From Squalus acanthias (taxonomy: Eukaryota), in contig CM059434.1 in NCBI GenBank assembly GCA_030390025.1, positions 46,624,001-46,688,000 on the forward strand: a stretch of 64,000 nt of DNA. The letters run 5' to 3'. The notes beneath the pieces are model-generated. The model was not told where the DNA came from. It did no database searches and saw only the letters and a list, made by a program, of their open reading frames with translations. Of the stretch, positions 1-11,599 are shown piece by piece; the stretch's first letter is position 1; every line of letters begins with the position of its first letter. Position numbers and translations under genes: made by a program.

Positions 1-230
1 TCAGGAACATAAATCATTAAAAGGTCATGAACAGATACAGAAAAATAATTAAAAAGGCTAATGGAATGCAGGCCTTTATATCTAGAGGCCTAGAATACAA
101 GGAGGTAGAAGTTATGCTACACTATACAAAACCCTGGTTAGACCACACCTGGAGTACTGTGAGCAGTTCTGGGCACCACACCTTAGGAAGTATATATTGG
201 CCTTGGAGGGAGTGCAGCAGAGGTTTACCA
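1..230 (+). mobile_element. Degenerate CR1 LINE ORF2 fragment (C-terminal to RT)
   Basis: [17 protein letters not shown] is homologous to KKANGMLAFIARGIEYK of the CR1 at 51351-52427; frameshifted. Confidence 0.85.
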
Positions 231-1073
231 GTCTTGCCCTTCAGGATAAGGCTCCTACTTTTCACTTTTCTAATGTATAAAAATGTGAATTGGCCATATA
301 ATTAATTTGGTCTCAAGTGTCAGAAATCATTCCTTCCACTTTTGGGTTTAAAAAATAATGGTAGTTTTGTGTGGAAAAGCATTTTTGAAGGACAATAGAA
401 ACTGCTTGGAAATTTTTGGCTTCAGATTAGAAGAACCCATCAGGAAATGACTCACTTACGGTTTCTCTCTTTCTTTTTTTTCTTTTTTCTCTCCCCTTCA
501 CCAGTTTAGTAATGTTCATAGTCAGTCGAAGGATATGGAGGATGTAGCTGGGTTGCTATAGTGGCTGAGGTGGCTGTAGAGGCTGTGACATGCTGAAGGG
601 GGTAGTGGCAGTGTGTTTAGTGTATTTATTATTGTTTAGATTTTTATGCTGCGTTAATGTGCTGGCTCAAGTATAAGTTGTACTTGGATGAAATGGGATG
701 AGTTGGAATAGCAAGAGGTGAGGGTGTGGAGTGGGACTGAGGGTGATGAGTGATAGTGGAGTGCCAAGGTGTGTTGATATTCATTTGTTGATTGGAATGC
801 GTATAATTGTAATAATACTATATAGTGAATCATTGATTATTATATGATGAAATAAAAGGTGAAATTTGTAGTTTTTAAGGAAAGGTGACTCTTGGAAAAT
901 TTAGTAGAAAATTATAGAAAATAACCCTAATCCTAATGCAGTGTTGAAAAAAGAAAATATATGCTATTAAACAATGGAGAAATTCAAGGAACTTAGAAAT
1001 TAAGTTAAAGATAGTGTGAATGATCATTGTTCTGTTATTTTTTGAAGAAATTAAGAATGAGTAGAATGCTTAC

Positions 1074-1225
1074 CTTTTGAGAGGTGAAGAATTGAGTCCA
1101 GTCATATAAGATATCATTGATAATTTTTTTTTCATTTTTATGCAAGAATAATGCTGGTTGTTGGTGAGCTGGGTGGTAGTTTTGTCGTCCGATTCTGAAT
1201 GCACAGTTTTCTTTAATTTGTTTCC
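1074..1225 (-). other. Candidate host-gene exon (152 nt)
   Basis: Minus strand TTTTTTATACAACAG|GGAAAC...CTCAAAAG|GTAAGC; open in two frames; product not recognised. Confidence 0.3.
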
Positions 1226-1829
1226 CTGTTGTATAAAAAAGGTAACTCCACGATATAACAGGCATCAAGCTGCAAAGTCCATCCGAGATTAAAACACAGG
1301 TTTCAGAAGAAACAAGCCATTGTAGTCTGGTGTCTCAATCCCAGCAATGTAATATTTTTCTAAACTCGGTTTACAATTAGTATACATACATTGTCAGGCC
1401 TACAATATCCAGATCCGGCATACACACCTTGCTAACCATGGCCATTGCTAGATGTTAAAAAAAATTGACCATTTAAAATCATTACTAAATAAATACTGTA
1501 TCGCTGCTGTCACCAATGGAGATACTGCACCATTTGTTAATGAAGGTTTAAGTTCTGAGCGTTGAAGTAAAGATGGCATTTTCCTCTTATACTACAGTAT
1601 ATAAACCACATCTTCAAACTGCTCCACAAATATCTATGCGGTTAGTCTGAAATCCTAATATTTAATTCACGTCAAGCACTGTACTTACTGGTATGAAACT
1701 ATTAAATGTGAATCTTCATAATCACTTCAGCCGAAGCAATTTTAAATATATACACAAAAAATTCAGATACTCAACCTCTTTACTAAACACTTCAATGAGA
1801 TGGTGCAAGATAGTAGTTCAGATAGATAG

Positions 1830-1980
1830 CGTGCACTGCACTTTACAACAGAGCTGTGTGATGTGGTTATATATAGAATTTGTATGCTCTCCATTACAGT
1901 GCGATTGTGGGACACGGTTGTATATATAATATGTATACTGCACATTACAGTGGGACTGTATGACATGGTTGTATATACAA
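1830..1980. repeat. ~51-bp minisatellite, left part
   Basis: Units like TGTATACTGCACATTACAGTGGGACTGTATGACATGGTTGTATATACAA; the array continues at 6890-7075. Confidence 0.85.
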
Positions 1981-2713
1981 CGGCCTGGAATTTCTGCTCT
2001 GTTGCACTGGTTTTCAGTGCAATTCGCCCGAAATCAGCCAAACCAGCACAAAAGATTGAGGAACATCCAGCACAAATTGAGTTTCCGCGATCTTTTGCAT
2101 CGGCATAAAAAACATTGCGCTGGAAGCTGGCCCCGCCCACAAAACTGGCCACGCGCCCAGATCAAGTGAATCACCATTGCGAGCTTCCACTAATTGCGCC
2201 CGTTTGTAGGCCTTCGAGGAGGCTCTTCAAATTAAGCTGTTCGTTTTTTTTTTAGGAGCAAGGACACTAATAGGCACCTTTTAAAAGCTTTTAAATGTTA
2301 AAAATGTTTTAATTTGCTAAGAAACTGGGTACTGTATACCAATGAAACTAATGGGGGGAAAAATTAGGTCGCGCTCCATTTGGGGCGCAAATATCGTCTG
2401 GACGCAAATATTAGCGCCTGGCGCTAATTATCGCCACTGACTGGAAACTTCACTTTTACCGCCCCGGGAGGTGAGTGGAGCGCTAAATCAGGCGCTGCAC
2501 ACCTGTCTTAAGGCGCAAAGGCCGAGCAGTGAGGCGCTAACTCAGCGCGCGAGCGCAGCGCAGCTGCTGCCAGTTAGCGAGGGAACACAGACACACTGGC
2601 GCCGGCCACTTCTTAAAGCGGGGGGGAGCCAACTTGCTCCCCAGCCACACCCTGCTCATTGCAGCCTTGAATCTCGGCCTGGAGAGACCTGTGAATCCAT
2701 TTTGCTGCCAAGG

Positions 2714-4532
2714 ATGGAGAGGGTGAGAGAACGAGCTCATCGCTTCACCGAGCGGGCCTTGGATGCTCTGGTTGGCGCGGTGGAGCGCACAAGATGTATA
2801 CTCTTCCCTGAGAGTGGCAGGAGGCCTTTGCCACGCGAGTTCAGAAGAGTGTGGAGGGAGGTGGCTCAGAGCGTCTCCTCCAGGAGCATGGTGCCCAGGA
2901 CCCATACTCAATGCCGCAAAAAGTTCAACGACCTCACTCGGGTCGTCAGGGTGAGTGGCTTTTTCTCAATACCTCTCCATCCCTCCATCTCAACCTTACT
3001 CTATGGCCAGAGGGTCTTAAAACCCCAATGCACAACACTCATCCAACACCTATGGCCCTTTCATGAAACACACACACACATTCCACACTTTGCATACAGT
3101 AAGGCTATTCACCTATGGGAGGCACATCAGGCAAGACCATGGCTGCATACAGTAAGGGCTATTCACCTATGGGAGGCACATCAGGCAAGACCATGGCTGT
3201 ATATTTACTCAGATGCTGACCTTTTTCTTACAGGCCAAGCTGGCGCATAATCGGAGACAGCAGCAATGGACAGGTGGAGGGCGGCCTCAGCTGCAACCCC
3301 TCAGCGATCTTGAGGAGCGCGTCCACAGGATTGTGGCAAGCTGGGTGATCGGTCCCGTCGCCACTGGAGACGCTGACCCCGTTCTGGACAGCAATGGTAA
3401 GGTCATCACCTTTTTGTCCTCTGTCCTTCCACTTGTCCCTCACAACACCAGCCTTTGACACTTTCAATCCAACTTGCTAACTCGCTGCACTTATTCCTCC
3501 CTTACTGCCACCCTGTCCTCACGCTAAAGCCACTCTTGTACCTCCCTGCTTTCAGATGGTGATTCACCAGCTGAGGAGACGGGCCCTGAAGCTGCCACTG
3601 GGAGTGAAGCTGCAGCCGAGGAGGAAGAGGAAGCCGGAGCATCAGTGCCACCCTCTCCCGAGGAAGCCCATGCCCACACTGGGAACACGCCTTCCCTGGA
3701 GGGGAGCAGGGGGGAAGGGTCTGATGAGGGTGAAGCTCCAGGACCCAGCGGGCTGCAGCAACGCCATGGGGGTAGGGAAGAACGGGGGCCTTCTCCCCAG
3801 AGGGAGAGTATGCCAGACACTCCTACTGCAATGGACGCAGAGGAGGAGCGGCTGATCGCAGAAATGAACACCCAGGCGGTGGGCATGCACACTGAGCTCA
3901 TGGGTGCAGTGGGAAGGGTGCCCGAATGCATTGAGTCACTGGCAAGGAGTGTGGAGCACTTCGCTGTAGCACAGGCGGATGCCACACTAACGTTTAGTGC
4001 TGCAATTCAGTCACTGGCTGCCGTGATCCCATCTCTGACTGCTCTCATGCAGACTCAGATTGAGGCCACGCGAGCACAGACTGCTGCCAACCTCGATGGT
4101 TCGTTCACATGTCCCCGGGGCTGTCACCGCACCGCAGCAGGCCAGCAATCTGTTCTTCAGCAGATTTCTCCGGATGCTGAAGTGCTGCCCCGTGGGAGTG
4201 CCAGTGTGTCGGGCGAGCAGGGAGTTGCTGTCCTCTCTCACGATGACAGCATTCCTGCTGCCAACACTGTCACTTCTCCACTGCACTTGCCACCGCCTGT
4301 AGGACAGACTGCTGCCGCCCATGCAGAGTTGGTGCAGTCTGCAGCCGGGCCCTCCAGGCCCAGAACTGGTCGAGGCCGTCCTTCAGGGGCATCTGCAGTG
4401 TCAGGGTCTGACGAGCAGCAGCCTTCCACCAGCCTTGCTGCAGCCACTGAGGTCCCATTACGGAGGAGCAGTAGGGTTAGAAGGGGGGAAGTGCGCAAGG
4501 GAAGGAGATCACCCTCGAAGGGCAAAAAGTAG
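2714..4532 (+). CDS. Harbinger Myb/SANT-like DNA-binding protein (NAIF1/MSANTD-like), 3 exons: 2714-2950, 3234-3396, 3556-4532 (~458 aa)
   Basis: RERAHRFTERALDALV...WREVAQ...RTHTQCRKKFNDL...AKLAHNRRQQQWTGGG; canonical GTGAGT/TTACAG and GTAAGG/TTTCAG introns (phase 0 and 1) join into one open frame. Confidence 0.88.
3091..3198. repeat. Tandem duplication (~54 bp x2) in Myb-gene intron 1
   Basis: TGCATACAGTAAGG(G)CTATTCACCTATGGGAGGCACATCAGGCAAGACCATGGC twice. Confidence 0.9.
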
Positions 4533-4845
4533 GAGGTGTGACAAAATGCTGGTCATTTTTTTATTAAAAGGTCGAGGTTCATGGTCCAACTTTTGTTTAG
4601 TGTTTTGGACATTATCTCCAGGTTGTGAGAACCAGTTATGTTATTGACTGTTTTTTTGTGTTTATTTATATGAGTTTGTCATGAGGAATTGACACACACA
4701 GAGTTTGTAAAATAAATAAGTTTCTGTATTCAAAATATACATGGTTGGTGGTTGGAATTATTGGTGCCTTGGCCGGCTTAGGGGTTGCGTGCTGGGTTCA
4801 TTGATGTTGTTAGCAATGGCAGAAGCCATTTCCACAGCAGGGGCC

Positions 4846-6006
4846 CTAGAAGCGGCTTGCTATTAGCCGTTGACGGACGGCCCTTGCAGTTTCACCATTG
4901 TGGGCCGCCCTCCCGCCTTGGTGCTGCTGATGATCTTCCTCCTCGTCCTCTTCCTCCTCTTCCTCCTCCTCCTCTGGTGGTGCTCCAAGGCCTGGTGGCA
5001 TTGGCTGGGTCCTGACGATTGCCATGTTATGCAACATGCAGCACACAACTACGAAGTTGGATACTCGCTCAGGCGAGTACTGCAGGGCTCCTCCAGAATG
5101 GTCGAGACAGCGGAACCGTTGCTTCAGCACGCCGATTGTGCGCTCAATTATGTTCCTGGTAGCTTGATGGCTCTCATTGTACCGCAGCTCAGCAGGGGTG
5201 TTGGGCGTACGGAGCGGTGTCATCAGCCAGGTGCTCAATGCATACCCCTTGTCCCCGAGAAGCCAACCAACTGGCTGATGCGGTGCCTCGAAAAGTTCTG
5301 CCACAGTAGTCTGGCGCAGGATAAAAGCATCGTGGCAGCTGCCAGGATAGTGGGCATTGACAGCGAGTATCAGCTGTCTGTGGTCACAGACCAACTGAAC
5401 ATTCAAGGAATGGAACCCCTTTCTGTTCCGGAATTCCTCGGCATTCTCATGCGGAGCACGCAAAGCCACATGCGTGCAGTCAATGGCGCCCTGCACCATG
5501 GGGAAGCCCGCTACCCTCGTAAAGCCCAGAGCGCGGTCACGCTGCTTGTCTGGGGTCATGGGGAAAGAGATGAACTCTCGTCTCCTTTTAAAGAGGGCAT
5601 TTGTGACCTGCCGGATGCAGCAATGCACCGCGAACTGGGAGATATTGGCGAGGTCCCCAGCAGCAGCTTGAAATGAGCCAGTAGCGTAGAAGTTGAGAGC
5701 CACTGTGACCTTCACTGCCACCGACAGAGACGTCCTGGACCTCAGTTGAGGCTGCAGATCTGGCTGCAGCAGGTGGCAGAGCTCAGTGACCACCTCCTTG
5801 CTGAATCGCAGCCTTCACAAACACAGCTCCTCAGACATATGAAGGTAGGAGAGCTGTTCACGATATACCCTGGGAGGGTAAGCTCTCCTGTACATACGCC
5901 TGTTGGCCCTCCTCCGTCTGGCCATCATTGCCACTCTCTCTCTGCGTCTCTGTGTCCTCCGATTCAGCTGGAGCAGGACGACGCCCCCAATCAGTGCAGC
6001 CCCCAT
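4846..6006 (-). pseudogene. Harbinger (HARBI1-like) DDE transposase, ~386 aa, one in-frame stop at 5815-5817
   Basis: GAIDCTHV, NRKGFHSLNVQLVCD, LLGDKGY and RNIIERTIGVLKQRFRCL motifs; ORFs 5815-6075 and 4846-5793 are in the same frame (LCL*RLRFSKEVV); copy 2 has Arg at this codon. Confidence 0.93.
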
Positions 6007-6194
6007 AGTGTCTTTGCAAGCAAAGTAATGAAGGACAGCAACTAAAGTACTAGCGAAGTTAGGATCAGTAGGCAAAACTACCTCACAAAGCGTTGAGTCA
6101 ATGCAGAAGTCTCTCTTTCTCTCTCTCCGAATCTCTCTCTCTCTCTCAGAACGAGTGGTGCAAAAATGTCCACCACAGAAAAAGACAGGAAGAG

Positions 6195-6350
6195 GCCCCC
6201 TTTAAATAGCGCCCCCCCCAGCCCCACAGGGATTGATAGCGTTCCAGTCTTCCGGTCGTTGGATGCGCCAGGCGGTAAGGCAGGGGGCGCCACTCAATTT
6301 CCGCTCCGGGGCGCCACAAGAGCGTTGCACCATGGAATGACGTCACAATC
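6195..6350 (-). promoter_or_regulatory. Putative transposase promoter (TATA-like TATTTAAA and CRE TGACGTCA)
   Basis: TTTAAATA at 6201-6208 (+); TGACGTCA at 6338-6345, also present at the matching place in copy 2 (~46302). Confidence 0.4.
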
Positions 6351-6889
6351 TGCGCGCGCAGGTGGTCGCAGCGGTAAGGTTTAGCGCCGCCGCACAATCT
6401 CTAGTTAAGTTCCCGAGCGGCGCAAACATCGCTGCGCCCGGGCGTTAGCGGCTTTGCGCCCCATTAGCGCCTCTTAAGGCGCTAACGGGAGGCGCAACCA
6501 ACTGAATTTTTACCCCATGGGTCTGTATAGTTTTTTTAAGTCATTTTCAGTTATTTAAAATCCGAATGCTCACAGGTGGTGGACTAGACACTGATTAAAA
6601 ATGCTTATTTTTTGTGATAAACCCACTTTCAGCTGTATTAATAAAACTGCACCAGGTTAACACCCTTAAATATATCAAGCAATATTTTTTAATACAAAAC
6701 AAATTTTAAAAATATGTTCTAAAATACTGCCATGTTGTGCTGGTTCATGGCAAATTTTACGTTCGGCGATATGCAAATGTATTTGAACGGAAACTTGAGC
6801 AAGAAAATCACTTCTGAAAACTAGTGCAATTTTGAGCGTAATTTGCGACTGGATTGCCGATTGCGCCCAAAGCGGAAACTCTACCCCTT

Positions 6890-7075
6890 TATGTATACTA
6901 TACATTACAATGGGACTGTGGGATATGGTTGCATATACAAGGAATTCACTGTACATTACTATGGGTCTGTGGGACATGGCTGTGTATACAGTCTATATAC
7001 TGTACATTATAGTGAGATTGTGTTATATGGTTGTGTATACAATCTGTATACTGTACATTAGAGTGGGACTATGAG
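6890..7075. repeat. ~51-bp minisatellite, right part
   Basis: About 3.5 degenerate units matching 1830-1980. Confidence 0.85.
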
Positions 7076-8274
7076 TCCTAGCTCAGAATTGTAGTGTTCA
7101 GATATGTTGTGTTTCCGGCTGCCATTAAAAAAAATGTTTGGAGATGTTCTCCATTTGGTGTTAGTGCTCCCTCTGCTGGTAAAAATCTCTTCCTGGTTGA
7201 CATGCCTACCACAGGCATCTTTTTCAATTCAAAGTCAACACACTTAAAATATATTTAAACAATATTGTAGAAATAAGAGGAGGCCATAATTCAAAGTATG
7301 CTAAGTTCATTATATCAATAATGCTCAACTCAATTGTTGCCTTGGAACAACTCATGTGAACCATTGCTCTACAGATCCTTCTCAGTCTAATGGAAATATG
7401 CCCCATTACACAACTTCTTTATTCTGGACAGAACATCAAGAAACATTCCCATTTTCTGTGAATAACTGGTTTCAATGAGTGTGAGGTATGAAAGCAGTTG
7501 CTGAACAATGCTTGCCAAGTTCAGCAAGCATGTTATGCCGAAACTCAAGAGTCCGGAATAATCTAATCAAGGGCAACAGTTCTCCAAATGTAATATATGC
7601 CTGCAGCACTCATATTGTTCCTGTTAAGACGACTGCAGTGTTTTTAAATTGTTTGTAAAATTTTGAAACCGAGATAAAAAGCCAAGGACTGCAGTGCAGA
7701 ACTACAGCAAAGTTGAAAAGAGTAAAAAGACTAGGCAAATCAGGATGAACAGATTAGGAGATGCCACATTTGAGTCTTAAAAGCCTATAGGTTGTAGAAG
7801 GACGGAAAAGACTGATGGATGTTAAGAAGTTCCATCGTCTTTAGCTCCTGGGAAAGAAAGAAGTCGTAATTTCAACACAGTGTTGATGTGGGGATGGGTG
7901 AGAACACGTAGAATAGTGTATTTGCAGCTTTAGAGGAACAACAAAGAGCACTGATTATAATGGCATTGATAAAATGGAGACACAAGAACACTATATTAAA
8001 GGTCACCTTACATGTATCATAAATGATGGAATGAGGAAATGTTACATCTTCAGTCTAATTCAGCTCTTCATGTAGATTGGCCCATGGTCAAGTTTCTCAC
8101 TTCCTAGCTATTCTGTTCTGACGAGCTTTGGCAGGGTGGCATTGGTGACTCAAGCAATAGTGGCTCGAACCAGAAGGCCATAAGTTCAAGACCCACATCT
8201 GCCAATTCCAACACTCTTTGAATGCTTAGGGGATTTCTGCAGTTCTCAAACAGGCTGATGGATATCAAACCATG

Positions 8275-8539
8275 ATGTGGAGATGCCGGCGTTGGACTGG
8301 GGTGGACAAAAATGAGAAGTCGCACAACACCAGGTTATAGTCCAACAGATTTATTTAATTTTACAAGCTTTCGGAGCAGTTCGCTCCTTCGTCAGGTAAG
8401 TTTAGCAGTGAGAGAATCTCCCAGAATTCTGGGAGATTCTCTCACTGCTAAACTTACCTGAAGGAGCGAACTGCTCCGAAAGCTTGTAAAATTAAATAAA
8501 TCTGTTGGACTATAACCTGGTGTTGTGCGACTTCTCATT
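8275..8539. mobile_element. Head-to-head palindromic dimer of PLE family-1 3' termini with hammerhead motifs
   Basis: Near-perfect palindrome centred on GAATTC 8424-8429; arms match the PLE end at 14850-14940; 14-bp TSD GATATCAAACCATG at 8261-8274 and 8540-8553. Confidence 0.9.
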
Positions 8540-9296
8540 GATATCAAACCATGCAGAGATAAAATATTCCATCTCAAAAGGGACAGGAAAACCAGATGGC
8601 TAGACCATGATGCTTAAACCATGTCTCCTGCAGGCTGGTCATCAGACAGCAGCTGTGAAGAGGTTGGCATACCAAGTCCAAGTGACATCTTGAATCATGC
8701 CTCTTATTTGCAGGCCAGTGTAGTTATGTGACTCAGAAAAAAGTCATCAGCCCAGCCTGGCATACGCTCTTTACTGGAAGAGGATGTACAGGTACAAACT
8801 CAGCTCCTGGGGTGAAAAAAAGGAGGAGGGAAAAAACATTTCAAAAGACCCCTAACTGCTCAATAACAACTTAACAATTTGGCTTCCAATTACTTATCTA
8901 TGCAGATACAGGACTCCGAGGTAAATCCTTATTATTGCTGAATTAAAATAAGCCTTTTTGAGAGAGAGAAACATTTCTGTGCCCATCAGTATGAGGGATG
9001 ATAATTTGGAAATGTTTTCTTCTTCTGCACTCACTCACATTGACTTCAATGGAAATAGAAATCGGGAGAGATGTAAACAGGCTTTCGACATGCACAAAGT
9101 CAAAGTCCACCCCTGTGCAGTTGCAGGTTGCAGTGCATTTTAATGCAGCAATTGACTCTACTAACATCACACATCTGAAGTGTAGACTGCATAAAGCTTG
9201 AAATTCTGTATTCTGAATTGGGAAGGACAGAGATAGTGTTCAAATGTAGCTCCCAGAATGTTGCTGCTAAATGTTTCATTAACATGTGGTTTGTAC

Positions 9297-9495
9297 TAGG
9301 AACATAGGAACAGGAGTAGACCATTCAATGAGATCATGGCTGATCTGTATCTTAACTCCATCTATCTGCCTTGGTTCCATAACCCTTAATACCCTTGTCT
9401 AACAAAAATCTAGCAATCTCAGTTTTGAAATTTTCAATTGACCCCCAGCCTCAACAGCTTTTTGGGGGAGAGAGTTCCAGATTTCCACTACCCTG
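9297..9495 (-). mobile_element. CR1 3'-end fragment
   Basis: AGGAACATAGGAACAGGAGTAG...GATCATGGCTGATCTG resembles the CR1 tail at 50663-50760. Confidence 0.8.
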
Positions 9496-9689
9496 ATAGT
9501 GCTTAACTGTGAGCAAATGGAATGTCTTGTGTCAGGTTTATTTTGTTTTGCTCTGAGGTACTATAATGTTCTGCTCAGCACTATGTTTATGCTTTGACAA
9601 AGCCTTTGTCTTAATTGCATTGCCTTACTTTCTTTATCTCCTGTACTTGCAATAACTAAACATACTAGGAAATTCTAGGTCAATTCTTA

Positions 9690-9990
9690 GCTTACACTGA
9701 GTTAACTGAATTCCAACTGGCTGCCACACCTCATGAGAAGGAAGAGAGAAAAATAATCAACTAAGGTTCATAGCGCTCATCACTGTCCAGTATCCTCTGG
9801 TGGAAGTATGTGTGTAGGAACATTGGATGAGGAAAGGCAAAGCTTGGCTGTGATGCCCCACATGGTTGAATGGCCTGCTGACAATCACTGTCTAAGCTTG
9901 CACATGAAGAAAAGTCATTTGGGCAAAATACTATAAGGCTGCTGGGATGTGAGGCACAATGTCCCAGCGTGATTCAATGCCTTCAGTAGA
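9690..9990 (+). mobile_element. Ancient dispersed SINE-like repeat (family not assigned)
   Basis: Shares GGxxGAGGA..GG..GCTGTGATGCCC..ATGGTTGAAT.GCCTGC..ACA.TCACTG with copies at ~18050-18250, ~35620-35810, ~38730-38870 and ~63860-64000 (-). Confidence 0.6.
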
Positions 9991-10407
9991 GAATAAAATT
10001 GAAACCAAAAAAGAAAATCAACATTCCACAATTGAGTAATTAGCCCCACACAGAATTCACAGGCAATAGCCAGTTATTTTCTTAACACAACAGGGCCCAG
10101 AAACCAGTGGAGAAAAGCTTGGATCAACTCAGTTTTGGAGCCCATTTCTGCCTTTGTACGACAGCAGATCTTTAAAAATCAAATCAAATACAATTCCCAA
10201 TGGATTCAGATCTATGAGTGGAAATTGACACCTTCTTAACTTCAGAATTTACCTGCACCACGTTAAAATAATGTAGGTTAACGAGAATTAGATCTGTTTA
10301 TTTTGATTGTATCTGAATTACCAACTTCTGTGTAAATAAGGATTAAGCACTGAAAGAACAAACCTTGAAATAAAGCTTTTTAGAACTTAGCAGGGTAATG
10401 CACTTAC

Positions 10408-10445
10408 GCAGAAGAATCTGTGGGAAATGTAAGTGATACGTGGAG
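10408..10445 (-). other. Candidate host-gene small exon (38 nt)
   Basis: TGTTTTTCTTTTATCCAG|CTCCAC...TTCTGC|GTAAGT. Confidence 0.4.
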
Positions 10446-11599
10446 CTGGATAAAAGAAAAACACACCAGAATTCATTCTCATGAAATAAAAAGCCAGTTA
10501 TAACTGATAATTAATTGTGAATATAGTACCAATGGGTAATCACAGATGTAGAGGCTTAACGTCTTGAAAAAAATCATTATTAGTCACATCCTTTCCTAAA
10601 CCTCATTATTACTCTATAATCCCATTGGGGGATCATTTTCAAAATTGAGTACACAGTTTGCCAATAGGTTTATTAATATATTCCTTTATATTGCCAAGAA
10701 AAATGCTTCCTTTTCACAGATAAAAGGAAGCTCGTTATTAAAATAACTTCTTTCTTTTATTCTGCTGAAACCAATTATTGAAAAAAATTACACGGGTATT
10801 CTCTGAGGTGCAACAGAACTCATGTGTCACTCCATATTCTCTTTGAAGTTGACCCTGATGGAAATCTAATGTGTATGGTTGTGTTAAAAATCTGAGGGTC
10901 TTTCATTTGGTTAAGATTATGAAAGAGCACTCTTTGGCAGCTCACAAAGATTAAGGGAAAGTGGTGGGGTTTGGGGGAAGAAGAAAATGAATCCTTTAAT
11001 ACCAACTGTGAAGTGCAGATAAGGCTTGCCAGCTTTGTGTGCCCACTCCAAGTCAACAAGCAATGTGTTGGTGAATGCCAACGGGCTGCACAGTGGCATG
11101 TTAACTCACGTTATACTTTCTAGATTTTTTTAACGGAAACCACACAGACACAGCATTGTCAATGTATCACTCGTCAGCATTTGGGGTTGCTTTGTACATA
11201 TCAGCTAAAAGCATTCACCAATGCACCAACCTCCATTGACCTCCATTCTAAGCAAAACCTAACCTAGACTTGTAGAAGGACTGAGCCAAGTCTCAATCAC
11301 AGCAAGAATGAGAATTGCATTCAAGAAAACAGTTGTTGAAAACATCTGAATTAGGCCCAACTGTTTCCATAAAATACAGTTTAAAGTTTGCATGTAAGAG
11401 GATTCCTCCATTAATATATGGAATGTGTGCCTTTCTCATTTTGAAATGTACCCCCTTATCCTCAACACTTTAAAGAGAATCTGAAGTGGTCATGGGAAGT
11501 GTTCACTTTGACTGTTTTGGCAAGCTGCAACTTTAGCCCACAAAAATTTTTACGTGAGAACTCAGGCATACAAGTTTTCTGAAGAGCACTCCTCATAAG

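Larger units (their letters stand above)
2354..6516. mobile_element. Full-length PIF/Harbinger DNA transposon (copy 1)
   Basis: TIR GGGGGAAAAATT (2354) vs AATTTTTACCCC (ends 6516), ATG duplicated at 2351-2353 and 6517-6519, convergent Myb-like and transposase genes, subterminal TTAGCGCC/GGCGCTAA motifs. Confidence 0.95.
1981..6887. mobile_element. Non-autonomous DNA transposon (MITE-like, 1981-2353 plus 6517-6887) split by the Harbinger
   Basis: GC/CpG-rich ends with loose inverted termini (CGGCCTGGAATTTC / GAAACTCTACCCC), AT-rich centre, interrupts the minisatellite. Confidence 0.6.

Noticed and set aside
500-1260. APOBEC-type hypermutated retrocopy
   Set aside because: No recognisable parent ORF or LTR could be restored; skew alone is insufficient
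4870-5676. 268-aa plus-strand ORF with a hydrophobic N-terminus
   Set aside because: Antisense shadow of the transposase; the hydrophobic run is the complement of its poly-Glu tract
4846-6006. Host HARBI1/NAIF1 genes
   Set aside because: Enclosed by TIRs and a TSD, multi-copy and stop-containing, so transposon genes rather than domesticated loci
1830-7075. ~51-bp repeats as a CRISPR-like array
   Set aside because: Degenerate head-to-tail units with no unique spacers and no cas genes; vertebrate minisatellite
8906-8920. Plus-strand 15-nt microexon (TGCAG|ATACAGGACTCCGAG|GTAAAT)
   Set aside because: Isolated, weak pyrimidine tract, and on the opposite strand to the other candidates
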